Shown: positions 26,355 through 39,158 of the stretch, one piece after another
Layout: each line of letters opens with the position of its first letter
Numbering within the stretch: position 1 is the first letter of the stretch
Assembly: GCA_015680685.1 (NCBI GenBank)
Contig: MNCI01002657.1
Location: 366,427-430,426 of the forward strand
Source of the DNA: Gnetum montanum
Taxonomy: Eukaryota; Plantae; Gnetophyta
DNA length: 64,000 bases
Reading direction: 5' to 3'
The notes under the pieces: model-generated
Told to the model about the DNA's origin: nothing
Seen by the model: the letters and a program-made list of their open reading frames with translations, nothing else
Databases searched by the model: none
Position numbers and translations under genes: made by a program

Positions 26355-29300
26355 TATGCGTAGCTGCCTCTTGACCTTTCGTGGGTTGATCAGAACCTAG
26401 GGTCGAGCCGTTTCACCCAGGCCCCTGCTCATAACACTACCCTTCACTTGGAAGGGCAACTCACACCATGCATTTTTGATTTGAGGGTTGGCTTGTTGGA
26501 CCAATCCCTTCATTGTATGATTAATGTAGGCATGAACAGGTGCTTCATCTTCAGAGGTTGTAACTTCTGAACCCTGTTCCATGCCTATGTTGCTAATTGC
26601 TTATGTTACTACCTCGTTGCCATGGATTATCACCTCTTTACCCGTGTATGGTAAGTGGATTTCTTGGTGTATAGGTAAGGAGATAGCCCTAAGTTGCACT
26701 AACCAAGATCTTCCCAAGATCAAGTTAAACTTGGGCATTTCTTTGACCATGAAAAATGTTGCGTGTGTGGGGAACTGGTCCCCTGCTACGAAGTTTATGT
26801 GAACTGTGCCCTTCACCAGGACACGTGCCCCATTGAAGGACGACAAATATGTCATCATTGTTGGTTTGATCTGGTTGACCAATCCCAACTTATCTATAAT
26901 AGGGAAGGAAATGACATTTGTGGTAGCCCCATCATCGTTGTGTACCCTTCAGATCCAGTGTTGGCCGACCCGAATTGTGATGAAGAGAGGCACCGTATTC
27001 ACTTGACCCCCTTTGGGATCTTTCTTAATGGCATCGCCGCTAAAAGTTAATTGAGGTACTATAGACTTTGTGGGTACAGAGGGGAGTATGACCGAGTGGA
27101 TCGCTTTATCATCCGCTAGCATGTTTTCATCGACTGAAATCGTCGCTAACATGTAGACTAGGGCCTCGTGGTGAGGTACAGATGTCACGACTAGGTTGTA
27201 CAAGCTCAACGTAACATTTTTCTACCTTAGGCTTGCCTAACCTAGGTGAGGGCGTTCAAGAAGTCTTGGTCACCCGCCTTTTTGACACTTTCCTCCTCCT
27301 CGATTCGTCCTAGGAGATGAATCTCTCGAGGAGAGACGACCTCAGACCTAGGTTCAGATCTTTTTCGGCAAGGTGATGTAGGCTGTGTAATCATGTCGAC
27401 CTTCATCTTTGGTGACAAAGGTGTAAATACAAGGGGCAAAGGCATAGGCTTGGAGATACTTTTGACGGTATTCCCCTTCGACGCCTCACCCACCAAGTAG
27501 GCTTCTCGCCTTGTAGGGCGAGGAGGTTGTTTAATGTTGTTGCATGGGATGAGGGCTGTCGAAGACGTTGGCTCCTTGATGATGAATGGAGGTAGAGGTG
27601 ACGACTGACAAGGTCATGTGGCCTCACCAACAAGTGGTGCAGAGGTAGATGCCCATGGTGGAACTTTCAAGATGAAGGGCAGCTACGAACTTGGACCAAC
27701 CATTGGTGGTATTGGTGCACTACGTTGAGGCACACGAATTATAAACAGCTGGAAGGGTGGCATGGGATCATTGTCAATACTGATGGCATTGATTATGTAA
27801 TCGACATTATTGGCATTTAGGGGATCTATGTAGACATACATAGATTAATTTTTAGGGTGCACTAGGTTATTCTCATCCATCACCAGCTTTCCCAGGTCGA
27901 TTAATCTTTGGATGTCATCCTACAATGATAGACAATAATCCGTGGTGTGACCACATAGTTGGTGGTAGTTACAAAACCTATCTAGCCTGAAACCCCTAGG
28001 AACTAGAGGCTCATTGGGTAGGGCCAAAGAGGGATTCCTAAGGAGCTCGCAGTAGCGTCGATGTCCCATGTTTGCCTCCTCCGACATCTGCTTGTGTTGG
28101 ATGTAGCCTGCTGCCAATAGTTTCTTCAGGAGTTCTGATGATTTGAGAGGTAGTAGGGTGTATTTTGAATGATCTTTGAGCTCGAAGTTGGGTTTAGTAT
28201 ATGCAGATGTCTTGGGCGCAGGTGTGGTAGGTTGTGATGCTTGGCCCAGTTTGGGCGCAGAATCAGGTGCAGGTGTGGACGATTTCTTGTTATTCTTGCT
28301 TTCGCTATTACTATGTTTGGGCTTGGCCTCAGCCACCACAGTAGCCACCATGGTTGTTGGGGCCTTACCCTTGTCCTTTTTTGCAAAGCTATTCTTGTAA
28401 GTGATGTAGGCCAGGTCTTTGCTTATCTCGGCTATGTCTTGTATGCTTTTCATCTGAGTGAAAGCTTGGCTAAGTGAGCGTGGAGTAGGTAATATAGTTT
28501 GGACTTGATGAAGTCATTCACCACACCCTTAAAGATGGCTAACAAGTGAGCCTCCACAATGGGCTCATGGATTTCATTAAGTGTCGTGCTCCAACATTGA
28601 ATGAATTTTTGGACTAGTTCTAGCGGGTCTTGTTTCATGCTCATCAGCTGATCTAGTGTGTTTTCTGGCTTCAAGTTATATTTGAAGTGTATCACAAACT
28701 GGGTCAAGAGTTCTTCCAAAGTTGAAATGGATGAACATGGCAATGCGCGGTACCAATCTAGGGCTTTCCCAGCTAAGGACATGGCAAAGACATGAATGAT
28801 CGTATGTGGCCATTGTTGTAATAGCAAAGACTCTGATCGAAAAGTGACGAGATGGGTATTGGGATCCCCTTCCCTGTCGTACTTTGTGAAGTGTGGGAGG
28901 GACATCCTAGGTGGTAATAGTAAAGCAGGGATTGCAGGGTTGATGGAGTCATCCTAATAAAAGTCCATGACTTGTACCGTATCGGACCCAACAGCTTTGA
29001 GGCATTTTACTTCCTTAGTTAGGGTCTGGATGAGCTGAAACGCTTAGTCTAGACCTAGCAACATTGCAGACGGCTGAGGGACTATAGAGGCAACTCCCAC
29101 ATGTGGTATGGTGGTGGTGGCAATTTGACCCATTGGGGGTGACGTTGGGACCGCCCCCGCTAAAGGTGCTATTTGCGTTGTCCACCACCTGGTGGATGGT
29201 ATTGTTGGAGAAGTAATAGTGGGTTGAGTCACTGGATAGGCTGTTTGGGTTACTAGCAGGATAGACCATGGTCTCGTGCCAGGATGTACTATTTGGGGGG

Positions 29301-30168
29301 TCAGGTAGGCTTGAGGGAAAACATAGTGAGACATCTGTGATGGTTGTAGAACAGATGAAGAAGCGAAAGGGGTCCACCACATGGATGGGCCTAGGCCCAC
29401 CGCAGTTGGTGGAACAGATGCATGGGTAGGAATTGGCGTAGGAGTTATGTGCGGTTGCAAAGTAGGTATTGTATGGATATGCGGTAGGGTAGCCATGATA
29501 GGCATGTTGCACACCGTGGGAGCATGCTAATAAATAGCTTTTGGTAGCATAGTTGCTGTGAGCGTAACCAGAGAATGGGGGTGATGATGCATTGGGAATG
29601 TAGCATGGCTACCCATTGCAGTTGCAGTTGTAGGCTGTTGAAGCATAGATGTAATGATAAAGGGGGTTGTGACAGACAGCAGGTTGGCCTAGAAGGACTG
29701 GGTAGGCAGGACAGGAACAGGGTTAGCTTGACCTCCCTCATCAGATTGGGAATCGAGTTCCTCCTGCCCATCTTGAAAGGCATCATCCTGGTTGGACACT
29801 GTGTCTTGTTGCTCCCTAAGCCTAGTCAACTGGATTAGTTGATGTAGAAGCCTTTGGTATGCTTGCGTTAAAGGCAAAGAAATGCTCGGGGTAGGAATGA
29901 ATTCCTCCCTATTGCATTAAGCAAACTTGAAGTTATGTTTTTCTTCGAGTTTTTGTAAATCCAAGGGTAGGTTAGCCTGCACCTGTACACAAAGGAAAAT
30001 GTAATGCTCGTGTTGCTGGGCCAGTCCCTCAGGTCCTCAGTTTTGGATTCTAAGAGACCGGCGTGCTTTCTGCATTGGATTCAGCCATTGTTCGGCACTA
30101 GTAGTGCCTTGGACCATGAAGGGCACCTTTGCATTGAAGGTATCAATAGTGGTGGTGGTGGAATCCAT
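26355..30168 (-). pseudogene. gag: E2 gag-protease, degenerate
   Basis: LPHFTKYDREGDP..HL; LAGKALDWY; Tat-type Cys/His box FCNYHQLCGHTTDYC; protease DDGATTNVI and FNLILGRSWL; ends NPRKVKRQL. Confidence 0.9.
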
Positions 30169-30242
30169 TGCTAAGCAAGTGATTATGCAAAAAATGCAAA
30201 AAGTGCAAAAGAACAAAAGCATTAAAAAAAACCACAAAAGGG

Positions 30243-31110
30243 TGGCTTTATGTCTTGCCGGATTCTAGGGGAATTGTCAGGGTGACCGATCTATACCACA
30301 CAAAGTGTAAAAAATTGTAGAGGATGTCACATGTATGCCTATGCATGATGAGGTACAGAGCATGTGCAAGACTACTGTAAGGCAAGTTTGTCAACAAATG
30401 ATCAAGAAGGCTTTATGTCCCGCAGGATCTCAGAGGGACCGTTGAGGCGACTGACCTGCATCACACAAGGTGTAAACAACCTCAAAGGATGTCACATTTT
30501 CACCTACACTGGCTAGGGTGTAGAACATATGCAGGACTACTATAAAAAGGAAAGGCAAGTTAAATTACCATCAGAAAGCTTATTGTCTTGTAGGGTTCCG
30601 GAGGAACTGTCGAGGCAACTGATCTACACCGTACGACATGTAAAAAATCATAGATGGATGTCAAGTCTATGCTAATGCAAGCTAATGTGTGGAAGGTGTA
30701 CGAGACTACCGTAAGATGAGAAAATTAACTAGCGACCAGGTAGGTTTTATGTCTTGCAGGATCCTAGAGGGATCGTCGAGGCAACTGGTCTGTACCACAC
30801 TAGATGGGGTATAGAATGCAAATAAGACAACCATAGGATGGGAAAGCTAGCTAGCAATCAGGCAGGCTTTATGTCTCATAGGATCCCAGAGGGATCATCA
30901 ATGTGACAAGTCTGTACCACATGAGATGGGGTTCAGAATGCATGCAAGACAACCGTAGAATGAGCTAGTTAACCGGCAATCGGAGGCCTTGTGTTCCGTA
31001 GGGTTTCAGAGGAATCGTCAAGGCAACTGATCTACACCGCACAGAGTGCAAACAATCACAAGAGGGTGTCACATTTATGCTTGTGTGTATCAAGGTGTAG
31101 AAGGCTCACA
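30243..31110 (-). repeat. 5'-UTR tandem repeat of E2, six units (~165 and ~120 bp)
   Basis: Units begin GGCTTTATGTC-like at ~30245, 30409, 30577, 30743, 30866 and 30985. Confidence 0.85.
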
Positions 31111-31145
31111 GAACTACCATGACATGCGACAAAGGCACCAAAAGG

Positions 31146-31162
31146 CCCTCCTTCTAGCGCCA
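31146..31162 (-). promoter_or_regulatory. PBS of E2, complementary to the plant tRNA-Asn 3' end
   Basis: The minus strand reads TGGCGCTAGAAGGAGGG, 6 nt from the LTR. Confidence 0.9.
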
Positions 31163-31168
31163 GAAAAT

Positions 31169-32896
31169 TGTAGTGACCGAAAATGTCGGCGGTTGGAAGA
31201 ATGTCGGGGGTTGACAGATGCGACAGTCCCAACCCCATATCCATGGGAGGGCGGTGCTAGGTGTGTGCAGACACGGGGTGCCCTGAACAGTCTGGTTGAT
31301 CAAACAGGGACTTACATCGGCGTCAATATAGCCTTTTGCAACGTAAATAATGGGAAGTGTGAGATAGTGCTTATAGGTAAATAAAGTAGGAAAGAAACTG
31401 TAAAAGTGTAATAGTAATACAAAATAATGCTTAAAGGTGAACAAAAGAGAAAATAATGCAAAGAAAGGAGATAGTAAATGGGAAACAAAGTAAAGTATGA
31501 TTAGAAACATGCACCACTCCAAAGCTACAAACTCATCCAGCTAGGGTGGATACAATCAACTGCATAGCACGAAAGAGTATAGAAATCCTGAGAGTAACTA
31601 GGATGTGCCAAGCAAAAAGAGCTATGCACTTCAACATGTGTTCACATACAAATAATGTGGGGCTCTACCAAGATGGTAGAATGGAGACAGGGACCTTTCT
31701 CTAGCCAAGAGAGGATTGCTGTTTATAGTGTTAGACAGATGACTTTGATTATTACAATGCCGACCAAAGGTGAAATCTTTGTTTTAGAATTTTAAAGTTC
31801 CCACTACTTGGAAGCTATTTGCTTCCAGAAAGATGCGAACTCTTTTGAAATTGCCAACTTTACAAATTGCTGATTTTCCAAATTGCGGATCTCTTTTTTT
31901 TAGCAAAACATTGCCAGCCCGTTATATGCTGTTTGTCGGGATATTTATAGGGTTGAAGGTAAGAAAAAAGGGCATTTTTAATGCTATGTGTTGTAGGCTT
32001 GTGTTATCTTATTGGCGCTACTTGAGCCATATGTGACCGTTGGGCTTACAAGACCGTTGCAATGTGAACCTGCCATGCAATAACTATGATCTCGCCATGC
32101 CGTAATCACGTCATTAGCATTTGGAGACATGTGTCAATGGTCCAATTAGGTGGAGTGCATTGATGTCATGCAACCACCTACATGCCTCACTGTGCTTTGT
32201 GACGTAGCATGCTAGATGTAGCATAGCACATTGTCACCCGTTCTGCTGTCTGTTACATGTTTGCTACGCTATGCTACGCTATGTAGCGTAGCAACTTGCC
32301 TTAGTCGCAAGAGTTTCACCGATTTGCAAACTTTCTCCTGTGATGAAAGTCTTGAGAACTCTATTGACTCTGCCTTTCTAACTGCCTTCTATCTCTTCTG
32401 CAGGATTGCTACGCCTCGCTGCGCCATGTAGTTCAACGTAGCGTAGCAGTAGACATAGTCCACTGCTTCTTGACAAAAAAGGACATCACTGCAAAACTCA
32501 AAATTGGGTGAGGGGAGTGGGTAGTGAAGTTGTTGCTATGCTATGTTGTGTGACGTCATGTAGTGTAGCACTTCGTTTTGCCATGGTCTTCTAAAGCTTG
32601 CTACGCTACATAGCGTAGCAGGCTTCATGACTTAGAAAACTTGCCGAATTTTTTCTTGCGCATCCAGGATGTTGCCATCGGTTTTGCACGCTGTTCCTGA
32701 GTAGGTTGCTAACTATTTAGGCTACTTTGGTGGGTGGGAAATATGGTACAGAACCTTTCCATGCTCAAAGTAGAAAATTTGCCGAACTGGCCAACCTGGA
32801 CTCAGAATGTTCTTCTCCTGATGAATTGCGATTATGCTGTGCAGACTACAAGATCTTGGTGAAGCAAGGATAACCTTGCATTTTTAGGGTGTTTTA
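31169..32896 (-). repeat. 5' LTR of E2
   Basis: Direct repeat of 14303-16041; differences are mostly transitions; terminal CA has decayed to TA. Confidence 0.95.
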
Positions 32897-33180
32897 GTAG
32901 CCTTATTATCTAACAAGTTGCACAAAGCATATAACAACAAGTGTCATGACCTAAAAATTAAAAAAAATCAAATTTCAACTAGGAGATAAGGTTCTCTACT
33001 AGAATACTACACACATACCTCAATGAACTAAGTTCCAAATGTTGTGGGAAGGACCTTATATTATTTATAAGAATTTTTCTTCAAGGGCCATGATGATCTA
33101 TAAACTTGAGAGCTGAAACAAGAAACATTTGGTTAACATCCAACAAATTAAACCTTTCCATGAGCATACACTAGCTAACA
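32897..33180 (+). pseudogene. Athila-like integrase C-terminus (GPY/F), continuing from 14302
   Basis: FQLGDKVL...LWEGPY...VNIQQIKPF resumes right after the E2 5' LTR. Confidence 0.8.
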
Positions 33181-33319
33181 TAACAAGCACCTCATCAGAT
33201 GGACAACCACACTTCATATTTTAGATCTCCTTGTTTCAACTTAGTCATGGAGGATGAAACACCACCAAATTTTGGTAGTAGCACTTTAATGGAAAATTTG
33301 TCCAAGTTTCAACATGAGG

Positions 33320-33810
33320 CAAATTTTTTCTAAGTGTTTGGCCCATGCTTCCACTACTGGGACTACACTCTAGAGCATAGTTAATGTAGCACATAGCACA
33401 AAGCCAAATTTGTAAAATTTTATAAGTGTCGAAAGTAATTGTAGAATTTTTCTAAGTGTTGTACTATGCTCCCATTCTCCTTGCTCTGCTCTAGAGCATA
33501 GCTAGTGTAGCATGTACTTTAGTGGCCAATTTTGCCTAAGTGTTAAGCTAGAAGCTGTCAAGCTAGCTTAGCATGGAAGAGGCATTTGGAAGATTTTCTA
33601 ACTCTTGAAGCTACCCCTCCTACTACGCTCTAGAGTGTAGCCTGGATGAAGACTACAAATTTTGCCAATTTTTTCTAAGTGTTAGTGCTACACTCTCACT
33701 TTTCCCACTATGCTCCAGAGCATCGCTAGTGTAGCCAGCACTGGACTTCAGTTTTTGTAGAATTTGCTTAGCTATTAGGTTATGCTCCAAAGTGTAGTTA
33801 GCATAGCAAT
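33320..33810 (+). repeat. Degenerate tandem repeats downstream of the Athila integrase
   Basis: Recurrent TTTTCTAAGTGT...CTACGCTCTAGAGCRTAGC. Confidence 0.7.
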
Positions 33811-33939
33811 GCAAGACAATATCCAAAAGCTTTTAAAGCTCAACATTAGCCTTCGTCTTAGCTTCAACATCTCTCTGGAAAGCAAGATCAAAAATTTTCA
33901 CTTTCTTTTGCACCCCCTATGTCCCAAAATTGTACCTAC

Positions 33940-34925
33940 ATTTGACCCCACTTGAAAGAGGGAAAAGTGTAGTTCCAATGCGTACCCTCCAAATTGTACT
34001 ATTTTGCACTATTTGTAGGTACATTGTAGTCTCTTCGGCTTTGGCACATGTAGTCTTGGTAGCGTAGTCATAGTTTGATAGTCTCTTTGGGTCCATTGAA
34101 GTACATCAAAGATTAGCACTAGTTACTCCAGTGGGAGTGTAGCTAGGGTTAGTGTAACCTCACCTATCCTTTGCCACATGGCACCTGATTTGCACTTTAT
34201 GTCAACCCTAACCTTATAAATACCTCTATGTTTCACATCTTAGGGGTTGACATTTTGAAATAGTCGGTCGGCAGTTCCATTTTAGTAGTTGGTGCTTTGG
34301 CATTAGCACCCTTGCACCTGAACATACTTGACTCCTTGGCAAAACTTTGGGACACCACTTTTGCACACCATAGCAGACTGTAGCTCATAGGACACTACAA
34401 CAGCCAACCTAGCAGGCTTAGTCTTCATAGCAGACATTAGTTTCATAGCCTAGACATCCTAGAGACTATGACTACACTGCCTATTATCTTGGCTATATAC
34501 CGCATACCTTCTCATCTCTATTTTACAATTGCTACACTCCCTCATTTGATGTGATGCTATTCTTCCTCTCTCAAACTCCTTTGTTATTTTCAAGCATTTT
34601 CTTTGGCATTTAGCATCACACTTGCATTCTTTTGCTAATTCGAACACATTTGCACATTTGCACCATCGTTTTTACATGGGAAAACCCTGCTATTCTTTGG
34701 CCTAGTCTGCCCCAATACCACTAAAAAAAGTATGTGAAACCTCTAACACTTGTTCATTGAAATACTCCATAATTCTTGGTTCAATCGACAAGACTATCCT
34801 AGGTGCTTCTCCTCCATTTTCCCCTCCAGCGACGACACTTCGGATGGGGTTGGGGTTAGGGCTATACCATGGCCACAGATCCCTCGATGTGACCATTCTA
34901 GCCATCAATGTTTTTAATTGCTATA
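33940..34925 (+). repeat. 5' LTR of E3 (possibly 5'-truncated)
   Basis: Direct repeat of ~51181-52164, TATAAATA at ~34215, ends TTGCTATA. Confidence 0.85.
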
Positions 34926-34932
34926 ATTTTTT

Positions 34933-34949
34933 TGGCACTAGAAGGAGGG
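34933..34949 (+). promoter_or_regulatory. PBS of E3 (tRNA-Asn)
   Basis: TGGCACTAGAAGGAGGG. Confidence 0.85.
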
Positions 34950-35412
34950 TCATGCCATTTCCTTCTACATTTAGTGGTAGTCCCATGTGCTCTTTGCTCC
35001 TCTGTTACTAGCTTATGAGTAGTGTAGACTTGACACTCTTATGGACCTACCAAAATAGTAGCTAGATCATAGGCTAGTGTAGGAGTTGTCTACAAGTAGG
35101 TTGGTGTAAGATTGGACCTAGTTTTCGATTTCCTTGGAACATCGTTGGATGAAAGCCAAAGCATATCTTTAGCACTTGGCCAAAAATCTATGTGCTTAGA
35201 ACATCATAGTTGGCTCTCAGTGTGAGAGTGTAGCAGGCCTAAGCACAACGAGTGTAGCACACCAGAGTTAGTTGTTTTAGTCATGTTTTTAGACTTAGTC
35301 ATTTCCTTAGCATTTTTTAGCATTTTCTTAATTAGCCATTTTTCAACATTTCTATACTTAGCTATTTTAGCATGTGCAACTTTCACAATGTTTGCATCTT
35401 TCATGTATCATT

Positions 35413-38400
35413 ATGAATCTTGAGAAACCCTCAACCTCTACCCTAAGTGTAGTTGTTATTTGGCCCAGTTAGTGAGAGGTCATAATTGATCTTTCTAGGT
35501 TTGTGGAATTTTCTTTGGTAGAGAGGTAATTTCTTAGAATACACAACCAACCACCTGAGTACATGGTACTTGATGCCGAATAATATAACTTCATTTGTGT
35601 GAAACTCCAGGTAGCTCTATCTCTAGATCATTGAGAAATGGACACCAAACAAGGTTATGAAATCATACACCGAAGTGGAAGGAAGCACTTCCTTGCCCCC
35701 AACAATTTTATTTTTCTTACCAAAACCTTGTGGTGGCTACTCAACCAACTTGCTCGATTGAATGGGTTGAATGAGCATGGTGTGACAACTAAATACAAGG
35801 AGCCCCTGTAGGATGGGTAGGATGAGTTTGAGGATCATTCAGAGAATGAGAACCCCTTTTATGCTTGCTTCCAACAACTTACCTCTAGTTTCATCCCTTA
35901 GTAGTCCCAACCATCTACATTTTGTTAGGTGGTTACATTCCCCTTGTCACCTCCCAAGTCAACCCTTGTGGTGGCAAGTCATCACATGCATACGCATAAG
36001 GGTGCAGGACCATCTATCACCCCAACCTTTGTACATCACATGCATCAGGGTGCAGGACCATTTTTGACCTTCCCCTTTGTGACATCGACATAGTTTACAT
36101 AGTCCTTTCTCCTAACATGTGTGATGCCAATGTAGCCTTACATGCACATTGTGCAAACGTCCCAACTACCATTGGCTCAGGCATTGTACATTCCACCTAT
36201 CCCATCAGCACCCCCTATAATGATGTAGGCCATAATTGCATGGTGGGCTCTAGCCTCTATGCCCATGACGTAGCACACATAGTAGTATGTGCAACAACAC
36301 ACACCTCACATTATCACGTAGTCCGTATTAGGCCCATGGGACACTCAAGCATCAGAGCGGGTAGCATAACCAATGTAGCTTACTGCATCCACCCCAAGCT
36401 TGGACCAAGTGTTCTAGCTCATCCAAACACTCACTGAGGAGGTTAAATGGCTTAAAGCCTCCTCCTTTGAAATAGTTCATGTGATGGACTATTGCTAGGA
36501 TGACCCAATTAGTCCTGTGGTTCCATCACTAACCCTACCTTCTAGGGTCCAACTTCCCTAGTTTACTAAGTACAATGGTGAAGGAGATCCTAACGCCCAT
36601 CTAGTGACCTTTCATTCTGAATGCCTTCTATTGTTGGCATGACTGTATGCAATCATCCATGAATTTTCCATTCCCTTAACTAGACTGGTACCATGCATTT
36701 CCCAAGGCACTAGACTGGTACCATGCACTTCCCAAGGCCTCCATATCTTCTTGGAGAAATTACTTAGCCAATTCATTACTTGATTCAAGTACAACCTAAA
36801 GACTGAGGTGTCCCTGAACCAACTAATGTAGATTAAGTAGGGTCACTTAGAGCCTATGCAAAAATTCATCTAGCACTAGAGTGCCTCACTTAATGAAATT
36901 CGGAAGCCCATTGTGGAAGCCCACCTACTGGCAATTTTCAAAGATGTAGTGAACAACTTGATTAAGTTAAAGCTATATTACATTGTGCCACACTCCTTGA
37001 GCTAGGTGTTCACTCAAACAAAGAGCATTTAGGATGTAGCAGAGGCTAGTAGGTATCTTTACCTATGTGGCCTACAAAAACACACATCCAAAGAAGTATA
37101 AGAAAAAGGGTAAGACAATCATAACTATTGTAATGGTGGCCAACGAGGCTAAACTGAATAATGCCAAACCAATGGCCAAGGCACCTAAGGCCTTGGCCAA
37201 TAGCAAGGCATCTAGCTCTGGCACTGTGGTGACCAACTAGTCTGCACCATTGCTAGCCATGAGGCAAGTTGACCCAAGGCCAAACTTTTGGCACAAGGAT
37301 CGCTTAACTATACATCATTGCCCATCAAGCCATTGGAGCTCTTGGGTTAGCTACTTAATGCTAGGCACATCCAGTATAAGTAGATTTCTAAATAGGCTCA
37401 CAAGAATCATGATTTCCACACAAAACAAGCTATCAATTCCTAAACATTTTAGGTTGGACTGGTTCTACCATTACCATAAACTAGCCAACCATGACACAAA
37501 CTTCTTCATGGTCCTAAGTGATAACATACAATGCATGATTGACCAAGGCAAATAGGTCCTTGATGCAACCAACCTAGTTCGTCCAAAAAATCAATCAATG
37601 AAGGTCTTCAAAGACCCTCTCAATGCAAGTGGTGTAGGATACATTATCAATGCCATCAACATTATTGATGACTTAGAACTGGCATGAGAACCATTCATGG
37701 TTTGCGTGTCCTTTGGTAACATTGGGACCTCCTTGGCATCAACTAATTTGAGGTTCCCTTTTGTCATTAGGGCATCACCTTAGGCATTCATGATACCCTT
37801 TGTGGTTAGAGTGTTGTAATATATTACAGTGATAGTAACCTAGATACCCTTTGTCATTAGGATGCCTCAATGTGCTAGCTCTTCACCTACTCAAAGTCAA
37901 GTGGTGGGGACTATGTCAACCCCTACTTGCCTAAGGCATCATCCTACATACAATAATAGGTAGTCTAGGTGGCAATGCAAGAGGCCCAACAAGCACCTTG
38001 CTAACAAAATGATTAGGGAATGCTTGGTGTTAGGTTCGCCTAAGCTTGTCCCCTTGTCTTCTATTCCCATGGCCATGGTGGTCGAAACAACCACCGCAAG
38101 TAATCAACAATCAAGCACTGAGGCTTAAAAGTAGGCAAATCAAGCCAAGCCCAAATCTTCTCCCTGAGAGATCCATTTCTTGAGCCACATGGAGGACATG
38201 AAGACCATCAAAGCAACTGATAGTGGTAACTATTTTCTAGACATGTTGGCACAAGTTAAATAGGCTCTAAAACAAAAAAAAAACATAAGTTTGAGCCTAT
38301 ATGAGTTAGTCATGACCTCCTTTACTCACCACGAAGCACTAGTTCACATGTTGACCTAATTCTTATTAAGGAGGACATCCTAGCAAATGAACAAGCCATT

Positions 38401-39158
38401 CATGCAATGATGCTTTCCCCTATACCATAGGGATCAAGTTCAACATCTCCATCATTTTGGGATGAGGCAATTAAGGTTGACCCTAAAAATGGTTAGGTCA
38501 TCACCATGCCAATTTTCATAACAATATGCATAGGGAAATGCAAGATTCATAGGATGCACATTGACAATGAGGTAGCAACTAACATCATCCCATTCCTAGT
38601 CATTGATCAACTTGATCTTGCTGACCAAATTAAATCCATGAAGATAATGTTCCTGAAGTCCTTTAATGGGTTGAACATTGTCATAAAGGGGATGATCATG
38701 ATAGCTTTCATGGTAGCGGAGTAATTCCCCACAATAGCTGAATTCATTATCATTGAGGAGATGCCCGGGTTCAACTTGATCTTGGGAGGCCCTAGCTAGC
38801 CCAATTACATGCCATCTACTTACCCATTCACAAAGAAATCTACCTTCTATATGAAGGTGGAGAAGTGATTTTACATGGTGACAATGCAGCCCCTCCAACC
38901 ATCAACAACCTTGACATAGAACAAGGGTTAGAGGTAGAGTTCCTTGATGACACACTGCTTGTGAAGGATGAGGGTCAACCTTGTCTGGTAGACCCACCCA
39001 AGGAACCAAAAGAGGGTGACGACCTCCTTAAGGAGGCTCTATGGGTAGAGTTGCCCTTTAGCATCACAGACGAGAGTTTAGGCATATATCACCTTAGGCT
39101 ACCCAAGCCCTATGCACCTCCTAACCCACATCAAGTTAAGAAGCAACTACACAACTAA
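35413..39158 (+). pseudogene. gag: E3 gag-protease, degenerate
   Basis: FTKYNGEGDPNAHL; FRLDWFYHYHKLANHDTN; protease HIDNEVATNII and FNLILG; ends NPHQVKKQLHN*. Confidence 0.88.

Larger units (their letters stand above)
14303..32896 (-). mobile_element. Full-length (18.6 kb) Tat/Ogre-like Ty3/Gypsy element E2 with an internal antisense gene
   Basis: Two ~1.73 kb LTRs, TSD GTAGT/GTAGC, Asn PBS, PPT, gag-PR and RT-RH-aRH-INT. Confidence 0.95.

Noticed and set aside
34842-34862. Telomere- or G4-like GGGGTTGGGGTTAGGG in the E3 LTR (also ~52086)
   Set aside because: Only 2-3 imperfect units and part of the ordinary LTR U5 sequence.
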